Below are positions 39,893 through 47,937 of a stretch of DNA of 51,785 bases, piece after piece. Source of the stretch: Minisyncoccota bacterium (GTDB taxonomy: Bacteria; Patescibacteriota; Minisyncoccia; Phycocordibacterales; UBA9973). The notes below the pieces were generated by a model. It saw only the letters and a program-made list of their open reading frames with translations. It was not told the origin of the DNA and ran no database searches. The DNA is taken from assembly GCA_031413715.1 (NCBI GenBank), contig JANOFO010000001.1:1-51785 (forward strand), written 5' to 3'. The position numbers and the translations under genes were made by a program. Numbering within the stretch: position 1 is the first letter of the stretch; each line of letters begins with the position of its first letter.

Positions 39893-40660
39893 ATGAATAA
39901 GCTCATTATTGGTAATTGGAAGATGAATCCGCGATCTCTTAAGGAAGCGGAGATTCTTTTTAAGAGCATAAGTCGTGCTGTAAAAACCGCCAAAAATACA
40001 GACATAGTAATCTGCCCACCATTTCTCTTTATGTCCGATCTGAAAAAGTTGAAAAGCAGAAAACTATCTCTTGGAGCTCAGGATGTATTTTATGAATCAA
40101 CGGGTGCGTATACCGGCGCAGTCTCACCACTCATGCTTAGAGATATGGGGGTAACATATGTTATTATCGGTCACTCTGAACGAAGGTCTATGGGTGAGAC
40201 AGATGAACTTATCAATAAAAAGTTACATGCGACAATCCGAGCCAAACTCACTCCGATACTCTGCATAGGGGAATCTGTTCGCACTCACGACGCTTCATAT
40301 CTGGCGACTGTTAAAAGCCAGCTCACTTCATGCCTCGAAGGAGTTAGTAAAAATTCTATAAAGCAGATTGTTATCGCCTACGAACCAGTTTGGGCGCTTT
40401 CCACAACAATCAATCGTCATGATGCCACCCCTCACGATTTTGAAGAGATGAAGATATATATTCGTAAAATTCTCTCTGACATGTTTGGTATGACCACAGC
40501 TTCTTCGGTACGCATTATATATGGTGGGTCAGCGAACAAAGATAATGCAGAATCATTCTTACATGCCGGAGCGGACGGTCTTTTGCCAGGGAAAGCAAGT
40601 CTTGATCCAAAGAATTTCGGAATAGTTGTTCAAATTGCTAGTAATATAAAAAATAAATAA
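39893..40660 (+). CDS. tpiA: Triosephosphate isomerase
   Basis: GNWKMN, GHSERR, AYEPVWA, YGGS. Confidence 0.96.
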   Translation: MNKLIIGNWKMNPRSLKEAEILFKSISRAVKTAKNTDIVICPPFLFMSDLKKLKSRKLSLGAQDVFYESTGAYTGAVSPLMLRDMGVTYVIIGHSERRSMGETDELINKKLHATIRAKLTPILCIGESVRTHDASYLATVKSQLTSCLEGVSKNSIKQIVIAYEPVWALSTTINRHDATPHDFEEMKIYIRKILSDMFGMTTASSVRIIYGGSANKDNAESFLHAGADGLLPGKASLDPKNFGIVVQIASNIKNK

Positions 40661-40661
40661 T

Positions 40662-41783
40662 ATGAAATCAATAAAAGATATAGGTAGCTTGTCGGGGGTG
40701 AGAGTGCTCGTGCGAGTCGACTTTAACCTGCCTATGAAAGATGGTAAAGTTCTTGATGATTTTCGTATAAAGAAATCTATTCCGACTATAGAATATTTGC
40801 ATAAAAAGGGAGCAATAGTCATACTTTTGGCTCACTTGGGTGATGACGGCAAAGCAAGTTTGAAGCCAGTGGCTCTCAAGCTTAAAAAATATTTACCAAA
40901 AGCTCATTTTATCAGTACGCCTATTTTCTCAAATGAGACTGAAGATTTGATTGCGAAACTAAAGAAAGGGGATATAGTCTTACTTGAAAATCTGCGCAGT
41001 GAAACAGGTGAGAAGAATAACTCCCCATCATTCGCAAGAGCTCTTTCTCGCTATGGCAAGGTATTTGTAAACGAAGCTTTCTCAGTATCACATCGCCTGC
41101 ACGCTTCAATCGTAGGTATTACAAAATATCTGCCTGGATATGCTGGACTTCAGCTTGAGCAAGAAGTGAAGAGTTTGTCTCATGCATTTAAATCTGAACA
41201 CCCATTCCTTTTTATACTAGGTGGTGCAAAATTTGAGACCAAGATCCCGCTTATTAAGAAATTCTTAAATACAGCGGACCAAGTTTTCATAGGAGGAGCG
41301 ATCGCGAACGATTTCTTTCAGGCTCGTGGATATGAGATCGGCCAGTCACTTGTAGATATTGGTAATTTCCAGCTCCCATCTTTGATGAAACACAAGAACT
41401 TTATGCTCCCGGCTGATGTAGAAGTGGCAAAGAATTCCAAGCGTAGATTTGTAAAACCTGACGCTGTAGCAAAAGATGAGAGTATTGTAGATATTGGTCC
41501 TAACGCAGTAGCGCAACTAAAAGGATTAATCGAAAAATCTAAATTTATTCTTTGGAATGGTCCGCTTGGTAAATATGAAAATGGTTTCGGTGGTTCGACT
41601 GAACAAATACTTAAAATTATAGCTAAATCTAGCGCCGAAACTATCGTTGGTGGGGGGGATACAGTTGCTATAATCTCCAAATTAAAACTTGAAAACAAAC
41701 TCGGTTTCGTATCTACTGGTGGCGGAGCAACTCTCGATTTCCTAGTCAAAGGCACTCTCCCGGGGATCAAAGTCTTGAAATAA
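40662..41783 (+). CDS. pgk: Phosphoglycerate kinase
   Basis: RVDFN, LLENLR, GGAK, WNGPLG, GGGDT, STGGGA. Confidence 0.96.
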   Translation: MKSIKDIGSLSGVRVLVRVDFNLPMKDGKVLDDFRIKKSIPTIEYLHKKGAIVILLAHLGDDGKASLKPVALKLKKYLPKAHFISTPIFSNETEDLIAKLKKGDIVLLENLRSETGEKNNSPSFARALSRYGKVFVNEAFSVSHRLHASIVGITKYLPGYAGLQLEQEVKSLSHAFKSEHPFLFILGGAKFETKIPLIKKFLNTADQVFIGGAIANDFFQARGYEIGQSLVDIGNFQLPSLMKHKNFMLPADVEVAKNSKRRFVKPDAVAKDESIVDIGPNAVAQLKGLIEKSKFILWNGPLGKYENGFGGSTEQILKIIAKSSAETIVGGGDTVAIISKLKLENKLGFVSTGGGATLDFLVKGTLPGIKVLK

Positions 41784-41802
41784 ACCTGTGAATAACGACA
41801 GA

Positions 41803-41904
41803 TTGACAAGATTATTATTCTGTGTATTATAACTACATGTATTTAGTCCGTTTTTATGATGACTAAAGATGATTAGTTTAGTCTTTTTTAGTCATCATAA
41901 AAAC
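41803..41904 (+). promoter_or_regulatory. Promoter and 18-bp perfect leader stem
   Basis: TTGACA 41803-41808, TATTAT 41825-41830; arms 41850-41867 and 41887-41904. Confidence 0.6.
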
Positions 41905-41913
41905 CCTTAAAAA

Positions 41914-42207
41914 ATGAACAAGGACACTTTGTTAGCAGCGCTGAATGAAGTTTTAAAGGATATTCATCCATCCAACCTGCCTGTAAAAACTGTTGCCCAA
42001 AAAACAATTGAGGCGATCTTTACCGAAGAGAAGGAAGAGTATGAGATCAAAATGGATAAAACCGAAGCAGATTACTTTTTCCCGAAAGATCCCTGGGATA
42101 CAATAGGAATATTTAATTCGGTTTTCGATGCAATCGGCATGAAAGCACACATTGCGACGGGCAACAAAGGAGGAGTCGAATACATCACAGTTAAGATAGC
42201 GGCTTAA
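41914..42207 (+). CDS. Orphan hypothetical protein
   Basis: 97 aa with own promoter and terminator. Confidence 0.65.
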   Translation: MNKDTLLAALNEVLKDIHPSNLPVKTVAQKTIEAIFTEEKEEYEIKMDKTEADYFFPKDPWDTIGIFNSVFDAIGMKAHIATGNKGGVEYITVKIAA

Positions 42208-42224
42208 CATTCTTATTTAAGGTA

Positions 42225-42261
42225 ACCTGAATTGAAAATCAATTCAGGTCCTTTTTATTTT
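42225..42261 (+). terminator. Intrinsic terminator
   Basis: ACCTGAATTGA-aaa-TCAATTCAGGT followed by a T-rich tail. Confidence 0.7.
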
Positions 42262-42268
42262 CCTCGCC

Positions 42269-43494
42269 AATAGCTATTCGAACATCCTCCCAAATCCGGA
42301 GCATTGATAAAATTGCTTATTAATAGTATCGTTTATATATGAAAAAATATCTAATAATATTGCTTTTAGCTACTCTTATTATACCTTCAGTAGCCCTTGC
42401 CTCTTGGTGGAATCCATTTAGTTGGTTTAATAATTGGACTTTTGATAAAAGAGAAACCTCTGTTGTTCAACAGCAACTTATAAAAGAAATCAAAGAGGAT
42501 GGCACAAAAAAAGAAACTGATACTGTTCACAAAAAAGGTGGGCCTGAAGTAATTATTATTCCTTCAAAAACAGAAAAAGCTAGCAGTGCTTCTTTAAATA
42601 AAAGCAACTCAGCGGCTAAACAGGAAAATATTGAGTTATCATCGATAAACAATTTAACTGGGGCTAGCATTTCAACTAGTAAATTAAATTATACTCAAGG
42701 AGAAAATATAGCAGTCAATATTGAATTACCGGAAGATAGGTTTTCATCTTGCCAGTTTGCCTTAATTGATCCAAATGGAAAAAATATCGCAATGGGTGAA
42801 GGTGGTTGTGTCGCAGGAATAATAACACACTTTGATTCAAGGTATATGCAAGAGCCAGTTGATATCTATGTACCTAAAGGAGAGGTAATGTCGTTCCTTT
42901 CTTCAGGTGTATCTGACGGAATTGAGTATGGTAAACTTGCAGATAATTTTGGTATTTGGACATTAAGAATACTGACAGAAAAGAACTCAGGAGTTACGCA
43001 TGTACTTGAAACAAAATTTGATTATGAAAAAAATAGTTCAATGTTTAAACAAGTAACACCAAGCAAAGTAACTCCTGCTCAAAAGAAAATTATTCTAGAG
43101 GAATTAGTTAAATTTGATGGAAGTGCTGGAATGTTTACAGCACAGTCTTATGGACTTTCTTCAATTAACGTCTATGTGTCCGTTATAGGAGGTGATACTG
43201 ATCATCAATATATTCTTGGATCAATGATTCTAAAAAACAAAGATAGTAACGGTCTTCAGACATGGACACTTTCAGCTTATACAAAAATTGGTAATGATTC
43301 TCCTATGAAATTGGGTACATATCCTGAAGGTACAAGTATCTATGCTGTTGGTTATGCAGGTTATGGGGCTGAGAGAAAGGAACAAAACAAAATATATTAT
43401 CCTTATAAAGATAACAGTGATATATACAAAAACCTCTATTAAAATTTCTAGTTTCTTTTAATACTTACTCGAACTTCGTCCCAAGTTCGGAGCA
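42269..43494 (+). repeat. 35-bp imperfect direct repeats (42269-42303, 43460-43494) bracketing one gene
   Basis: Core TCGAACATCCTCCCAAATCCGGAGCA vs TCGAACTTCGTCCCAAGTTCGGAGCA (22/26); 28/35 overall. Confidence 0.7.
42339..43442 (+). CDS. Secreted hypothetical protein with SWWNPFSW motif
   Basis: Signal peptide ALA|SWWNPFSW; AT-rich. Confidence 0.75.
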   Translation: MKKYLIILLLATLIIPSVALASWWNPFSWFNNWTFDKRETSVVQQQLIKEIKEDGTKKETDTVHKKGGPEVIIIPSKTEKASSASLNKSNSAAKQENIELSSINNLTGASISTSKLNYTQGENIAVNIELPEDRFSSCQFALIDPNGKNIAMGEGGCVAGIITHFDSRYMQEPVDIYVPKGEVMSFLSSGVSDGIEYGKLADNFGIWTLRILTEKNSGVTHVLETKFDYEKNSSMFKQVTPSKVTPAQKKIILEELVKFDGSAGMFTAQSYGLSSINVYVSVIGGDTDHQYILGSMILKNKDSNGLQTWTLSAYTKIGNDSPMKLGTYPEGTSIYAVGYAGYGAERKEQNKIYYPYKDNSDIYKNLY

Positions 43495-43523
43495 CATATC
43501 ACTTTTATGGTACAATCGGTGGT

Positions 43524-45233
43524 ATGTCGAATCATGTCGAATTCCTTGAACTTCTCTTAAAAAACCGCAGTATCGCGCCCGAAGATAGAGAGCGTTTTCT
43601 CAATCCATCTTATAAAGATGATCTCTACAATCCGTATCTCATGAAAGATATGGAGCGTGCAATTGTCCGAATATTTGAAGCTACCGAAGCAAAAGAAAAA
43701 ATAGTTATATATAGCGACTATGACTGCGATGGGATCCCAGCTGCGGTTATCATGCATGATTTCTTTAAGAAAATTGGATACGAAAACTTTTCGATATATA
43801 TTCCGGATCGGCATGACGAAGGCTACGGACTCCACAAAGATGCAATAGAAGAATTTATAAAAACAGGAGTCAAACTGCTCGTGACATTTGATCTAGGCAT
43901 CACTGCGGTAGACGAAGTAGCGCAAGCACAAAGCGCTGGTATGGATGTGATCATTACTGATCACCATCTTGTTCCGCGTAGCTCGGATAAGAGCGAAGTG
44001 GGATTGCCAGAACAAATCTTACCACCAGCCTTCGCTATTATAAATCCCAAGCAAAGTGATTGCGAATATCCTGATAAAAATCTATGCGGAGCAGGCCTCG
44101 CTTACAAGCTTGTCCAAGCTCTTATAAAAAAATACGGCGAATATTGGAAAATACAGGAAGGGTGGGATAAATGGCTTCTTGATATGGCCGGACTTGCAAC
44201 ACTTGCCGATCAAGTCCCGCTCCTTGGCGAGAACCGAGTGCTTGCTTACTACGGCCTTAAAGTTTTACAAAAAGCGCGTCGCCCTGGACTCTTGGAGCTT
44301 TTCCGCAAAGCAGGAGTTGATATAAGTAAAATCTCAGAAGAAGATATTACTTTTACATTGGCCCCTAGACTCAATGCCGCTTCGCGTATGGGAAGCCCGA
44401 TGGATGCATTCCTCGTACTTGCTACTAGTGATGCGGTAGAAGCCAAAACTATTGCTGATCATTTAGCCAAGATTAATGATGAGCGCAAGCAGATTGTGGC
44501 GCATATTATGAAAGATGTAAAGAAAACTCTAACTAAAAGAGAAGAGAAATCTCTTATTGTTATTGGTAACCCAAATTGGAGAGTTGGTATACTAGGACTA
44601 GTAGCTTCAAAAATTGCTGAGGAATACAAGAAGCCAGCCTTCGTCTGGGGATCGGAAGGTAGCGATACAATTCGAGGGTCATGTCGCCTGCCTGCGCAGG
44701 TAGGGGGATGGGGAAATATAAACTTAGTATCTCTTATGACAAGTTTGCCAGAGAATAGCTTGCTTGCTTTTGGTGGGCATGTTAGTGCTGGGGGATTCTC
44801 TGTTTCTCACGACGAAGTTCATTTCTTGGAAGAAAGACTCCTTGCCGTTTTTGATGGGATAAAAGACACAAAAGAAAATGCGGAAGCTCAAGCCATCGAT
44901 GCCACAATCACGATGGACGATGTGACTATGGAGAACTATTCTGTGATAGAGAAACTTGCACCTTATGGCACAGGGAATCCGAAGCCGACATTTATGTTTA
45001 GCGATGTTCCTATAACAGCAGTCAAGGAATTCGGCAAGGAAAAAAACCATCTTGAGCTTATGTTTACTAATAGTCGCGGGCGTCCAGTCAAAGCTATTAC
45101 TTTCTTTAAAGATCGTACGAGCTTCAATCGATCAATTTCTGCTGGTGAGCGGATAAATCTGACCGCTACATTTGATAAAAGCACATTCGGCGGTCGCACC
45201 GAACTCCGACTTCGAATTGTTGATATAATATAG
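43524..45233 (+). CDS. recJ: ssDNA exonuclease RecJ
   Basis: DYDCDG, ITDHH, PRLNAASR, GGH, PYGTGNPKP. Confidence 0.95.
   Translation: MSNHVEFLELLLKNRSIAPEDRERFLNPSYKDDLYNPYLMKDMERAIVRIFEATEAKEKIVIYSDYDCDGIPAAVIMHDFFKKIGYENFSIYIPDRHDEGYGLHKDAIEEFIKTGVKLLVTFDLGITAVDEVAQAQSAGMDVIITDHHLVPRSSDKSEVGLPEQILPPAFAIINPKQSDCEYPDKNLCGAGLAYKLVQALIKKYGEYWKIQEGWDKWLLDMAGLATLADQVPLLGENRVLAYYGLKVLQKARRPGLLELFRKAGVDISKISEEDITFTLAPRLNAASRMGSPMDAFLVLATSDAVEAKTIADHLAKINDERKQIVAHIMKDVKKTLTKREEKSLIVIGNPNWRVGILGLVASKIAEEYKKPAFVWGSEGSDTIRGSCRLPAQVGGWGNINLVSLMTSLPENSLLAFGGHVSAGGFSVSHDEVHFLEERLLAVFDGIKDTKENAEAQAIDATITMDDVTMENYSVIEKLAPYGTGNPKPTFMFSDVPITAVKEFGKEKNHLELMFTNSRGRPVKAITFFKDRTSFNRSISAGERINLTATFDKSTFGGRTELRLRIVDII
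43968..44003. repeat. Probable in-frame hairpin insertion (36 nt) right after the DHH motif of recJ
   Basis: TTCCGC-GTA-GCTC-GGATAA-GAGC-GAA-GTGGGA, encoding LVPRSSDKSEVG. Confidence 0.55.
44687..44704. repeat. In-frame 18-nt palindrome in recJ
   Basis: CCTGCCTGCGCAGGTAGG (LPAQVG), 17/18 identical to 45440-45457. Confidence 0.8.
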
Positions 45234-45236
45234 CTT

Positions 45237-45716
45237 ATGAGTAAGGCAATCGAAATATATACTGACGGATCATCACTAGGCAATCCAGGCCCGGGTGGGT
45301 GGGGGGTAGTGGTTACAGATGGCAAGGAAATCCTAAAAGAAATTGGTGGTTGCGATAAACATACGACAAATAATCGCATGGAACTTTTGTCGGTAATCTC
45401 AGCTTTAAAATATATATTAGAATATCATAAAGATAGTGGCCTGCCTGCGCAGGCAGGAGTCATAATACATGCTGATTCTACATATGTTCTTGGGGGAGTG
45501 ACGACATGGATAGAAAACTGGGAAAAGAACGGCTGGAAGACTGCTAACAAAAAACAGGTCCTGAATCAGGATTTATGGCAGGAACTTATCGCTCTTGTGC
45601 GTTCGTATACTGGAAAGCTCTCTTGGCAGAAAGTCAAAGGCCATGCTGGCGTGCTTCATAATGAGCGTGCTGATGAGATTGCTACTAAATGCTCATCACT
45701 ACAGAAAAACTATTAA
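45237..45716 (+). CDS. rnhA: Ribonuclease HI
   Basis: YTDGS, GNPGPGGWG, TTNNRMEL, DSTYV, VKGHAG, NERAD. Confidence 0.96.
   Translation: MSKAIEIYTDGSSLGNPGPGGWGVVVTDGKEILKEIGGCDKHTTNNRMELLSVISALKYILEYHKDSGLPAQAGVIIHADSTYVLGGVTTWIENWEKNGWKTANKKQVLNQDLWQELIALVRSYTGKLSWQKVKGHAGVLHNERADEIATKCSSLQKNY
45440..45457. repeat. In-frame perfect 18-nt palindrome in rnhA
   Basis: CCTGCCTGCGCAGGCAGG (LPAQAG). Confidence 0.85.
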
Positions 45717-45755
45717 TTTTATAATTATTTTAATTCTTTATTTTATACTTGGATT

Positions 45756-47060
45756 GTGATTTCCAAGAAAGAAATTATTGCAATAATCATTCTTGTCTTG
45801 ATCGCTCTTGTGCGGTTTTTCTTTTTCTTGCCAAAAACGCCAGACTATACAAATGCAGTAGGGAATAAAGTGACTGTGGAAGGAATAGTAACAAGACCTC
45901 CTGATGTGAGGCTTAACAATATTCACCTTACTATTACTCCCAAGAATCAAGAAGCAAATATCTTGGTCATTACAAGCGATCTCTATCAAGATGATAAAGC
46001 AGAATACGGCGACTTTGTGAAAGTTGTAGGCGTATTGGAATCACCAGAGAATTTTGTTACGACATCTGGCAAGGAATTTAATTATGAACGCTACTTAGCC
46101 AACCAAGATATTTATTTTATTATCAAAAACACAGAAGTTGAAATCCTGTCAAAGGGTAATGGCAATAAAATAAAATCCGTCTTATACAAATTCAGAGATA
46201 AATTTATATCGCATGTCGAGGAAATCATCGATCCGCCAGAGAGTGATCTTGCGAGTGGTTTAGTCTTAGGTACTCGAGGTGGTTTCGACAATGCTACACG
46301 CGATGAATTTATATCTACCGGCACTATTCATATTGTGGCACTCTCAGGCTACAATGTAACTATTGTAGCCGAGGGCGTCATGAGAATCTTGGGACTAATC
46401 CTTGCGCAAAGTGCTTCCATCGTCTTTGGTATTATTGTCATAGTTCTGTTTATCATAATGGCAGGTGCATCTTCTACTGCTATTCGTGCAGGAGTTATGG
46501 CTACAATTTTACTCTTTGCTCGAATGACAGGGCGCACTTATAGTGCAGGCAGGGCTCTCGTTATTGCGGGACTTGTCATGATCGCTTATGACCCTCGTGT
46601 TCTTACAGATATATCTTTCCAGCTTTCATTTCTGGCTACAGGGGGAGTACTCTTTATAACTCCCAAAGTCATACGATGGGTTAGATTCTTGCCTATGCAA
46701 TTTGGCTTTCGCGAGCTCGTATCTTCTACTATCGGAGCGACTATTGCTGTACTTCCACTTTTGCTCTATACAACAGGAATACTCTCAATAGTATCTCTTC
46801 CTGCCAACATCCTGATACTGCCACTTATTCCGATCACTATGCTATTTGTATTTCTCACAGGCATGCTCGGATTTATATCTACTGTCATTGCTTTGCCTTT
46901 TGCCTATATATCCCACCTGCTACTTTCGTATATACTCTCTATGATTCACTTCTTTGCATCTTTGCCGTTTACAAGTGTCACAATACAAACATTTCCACTA
47001 ATTCTGACTATAGTTTTGTACGGGCTCCTCATCTGGTGGGTGCTTATAAAAAGGTCTTGA
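45756..47060 (+). CDS. comEC: ComEC/Rec2 competence channel (OB plus competence domains)
   Basis: FNYERYL, HIVALSGYNV, AIRAGVM, SFQLSFLAT. Confidence 0.92.
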   Translation: MISKKEIIAIIILVLIALVRFFFFLPKTPDYTNAVGNKVTVEGIVTRPPDVRLNNIHLTITPKNQEANILVITSDLYQDDKAEYGDFVKVVGVLESPENFVTTSGKEFNYERYLANQDIYFIIKNTEVEILSKGNGNKIKSVLYKFRDKFISHVEEIIDPPESDLASGLVLGTRGGFDNATRDEFISTGTIHIVALSGYNVTIVAEGVMRILGLILAQSASIVFGIIVIVLFIIMAGASSTAIRAGVMATILLFARMTGRTYSAGRALVIAGLVMIAYDPRVLTDISFQLSFLATGGVLFITPKVIRWVRFLPMQFGFRELVSSTIGATIAVLPLLLYTTGILSIVSLPANILILPLIPITMLFVFLTGMLGFISTVIALPFAYISHLLLSYILSMIHFFASLPFTSVTIQTFPLILTIVLYGLLIWWVLIKRS

Positions 47061-47212
47061 CATGGTTTTTGATAGGTATACTATTTTAAATAAGGATTAA
47101 ATGTATCCCCTTTCGCTAGAAGGCCTACAAGCCCTTTATGACTAACCGTTATGTCAAAAAGCTCTTAAGCTACCCCTATCTAGGGGACGTTCAATGTTTT
47201 TTCAAGAATTAC

Positions 47213-47246
47213 ATTAGCCCGGAAAAGCAGCCGGGCTAATTTTTTT
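47213..47246. terminator. Terminator hairpin
   Basis: ATTAGCCCGG-aaaagcag-CCGGGCTAAT followed by a T run on +. Confidence 0.7.
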
Positions 47247-47874
47247 ATTGCGCCTTCTTAAAATTTTCTTCTATTACTTCCCAGTTGAGATTTGCGAAAA
47301 ATTCTTCTATGTATTTTTTCTTTTCACTTGTTGGATAGTCGTATACATACGCATGTTCCCACATATCAAGACATAGAACAGGGGAGAGCCCTGTAAGTTG
47401 TCCCAGATGCTGCTCTTCTACCCATTGGGTCAATAGATGGCCGCTTTGTTTATCAAAGTAGAGCATTGCCCAGCCCACACCTCGGGTCATAGCTATAGCT
47501 TTGAATCTATCAATAAAGTTGTCCACTTTACCCCATTCTTTCTCTAGAGCAAAAGTAAGGGTGTTTCCAAAAGGTAGACGTGCGGGACCTTTTTCGAGTG
47601 ATGCAAAATAGTATTCGTGGTTGCGCATACCGTCAAACTCAAAAGCGAATCTGCGCTGAAGTTCTCCTAATACGTATGCATTTGTCTCGCTGTCCCCGCC
47701 CGAATGACCGGAATCATCCGGTCGGGCAGGCTTCGCATATTCGTTGATTTTATTTAAAATCAGATTTGCATTCTTAACATAGCCCTCGTAGAGCTTTATA
47801 TGCTCTTCGATATTTTTTTTACTAATACCAGTAAGGTCTGGGATATTAAATGTTTTAGGTAGAAATGTTTCCAT
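47245..47874 (-). CDS. Fe/Mn superoxide dismutase family protein
   Basis: EHIKLYEGYV, NHEYYF, GVGW, LDMWEHAY. Confidence 0.92.
   Translation of the reverse strand: METFLPKTFNIPDLTGISKKNIEEHIKLYEGYVKNANLILNKINEYAKPARPDDSGHSGGDSETNAYVLGELQRRFAFEFDGMRNHEYYFASLEKGPARLPFGNTLTFALEKEWGKVDNFIDRFKAIAMTRGVGWAMLYFDKQSGHLLTQWVEEQHLGQLTGLSPVLCLDMWEHAYVYDYPTSEKKKYIEEFFANLNWEVIEENFKKAQ
47695..47730. repeat. In-frame 36-nt nested hairpin in the SOD gene
   Basis: Coding strand CCTGCCCGACCGGATGATTCCGGTCATTCGGGCGGG = PARPDDSGHSGG. Confidence 0.8.
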
Positions 47875-47937
47875 ATTTTTAGAAAAATTTTATCTTTTGA
47901 TAAGATTTACAATAAATAATAATGCTAATATTATACC

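Noticed and set aside
11251-47060. Alternative genetic code (TGA as Gly)
   Set aside because: TGA ends genes at natural positions (11253, 32625, 47060) and long ORFs are intact under code 11.
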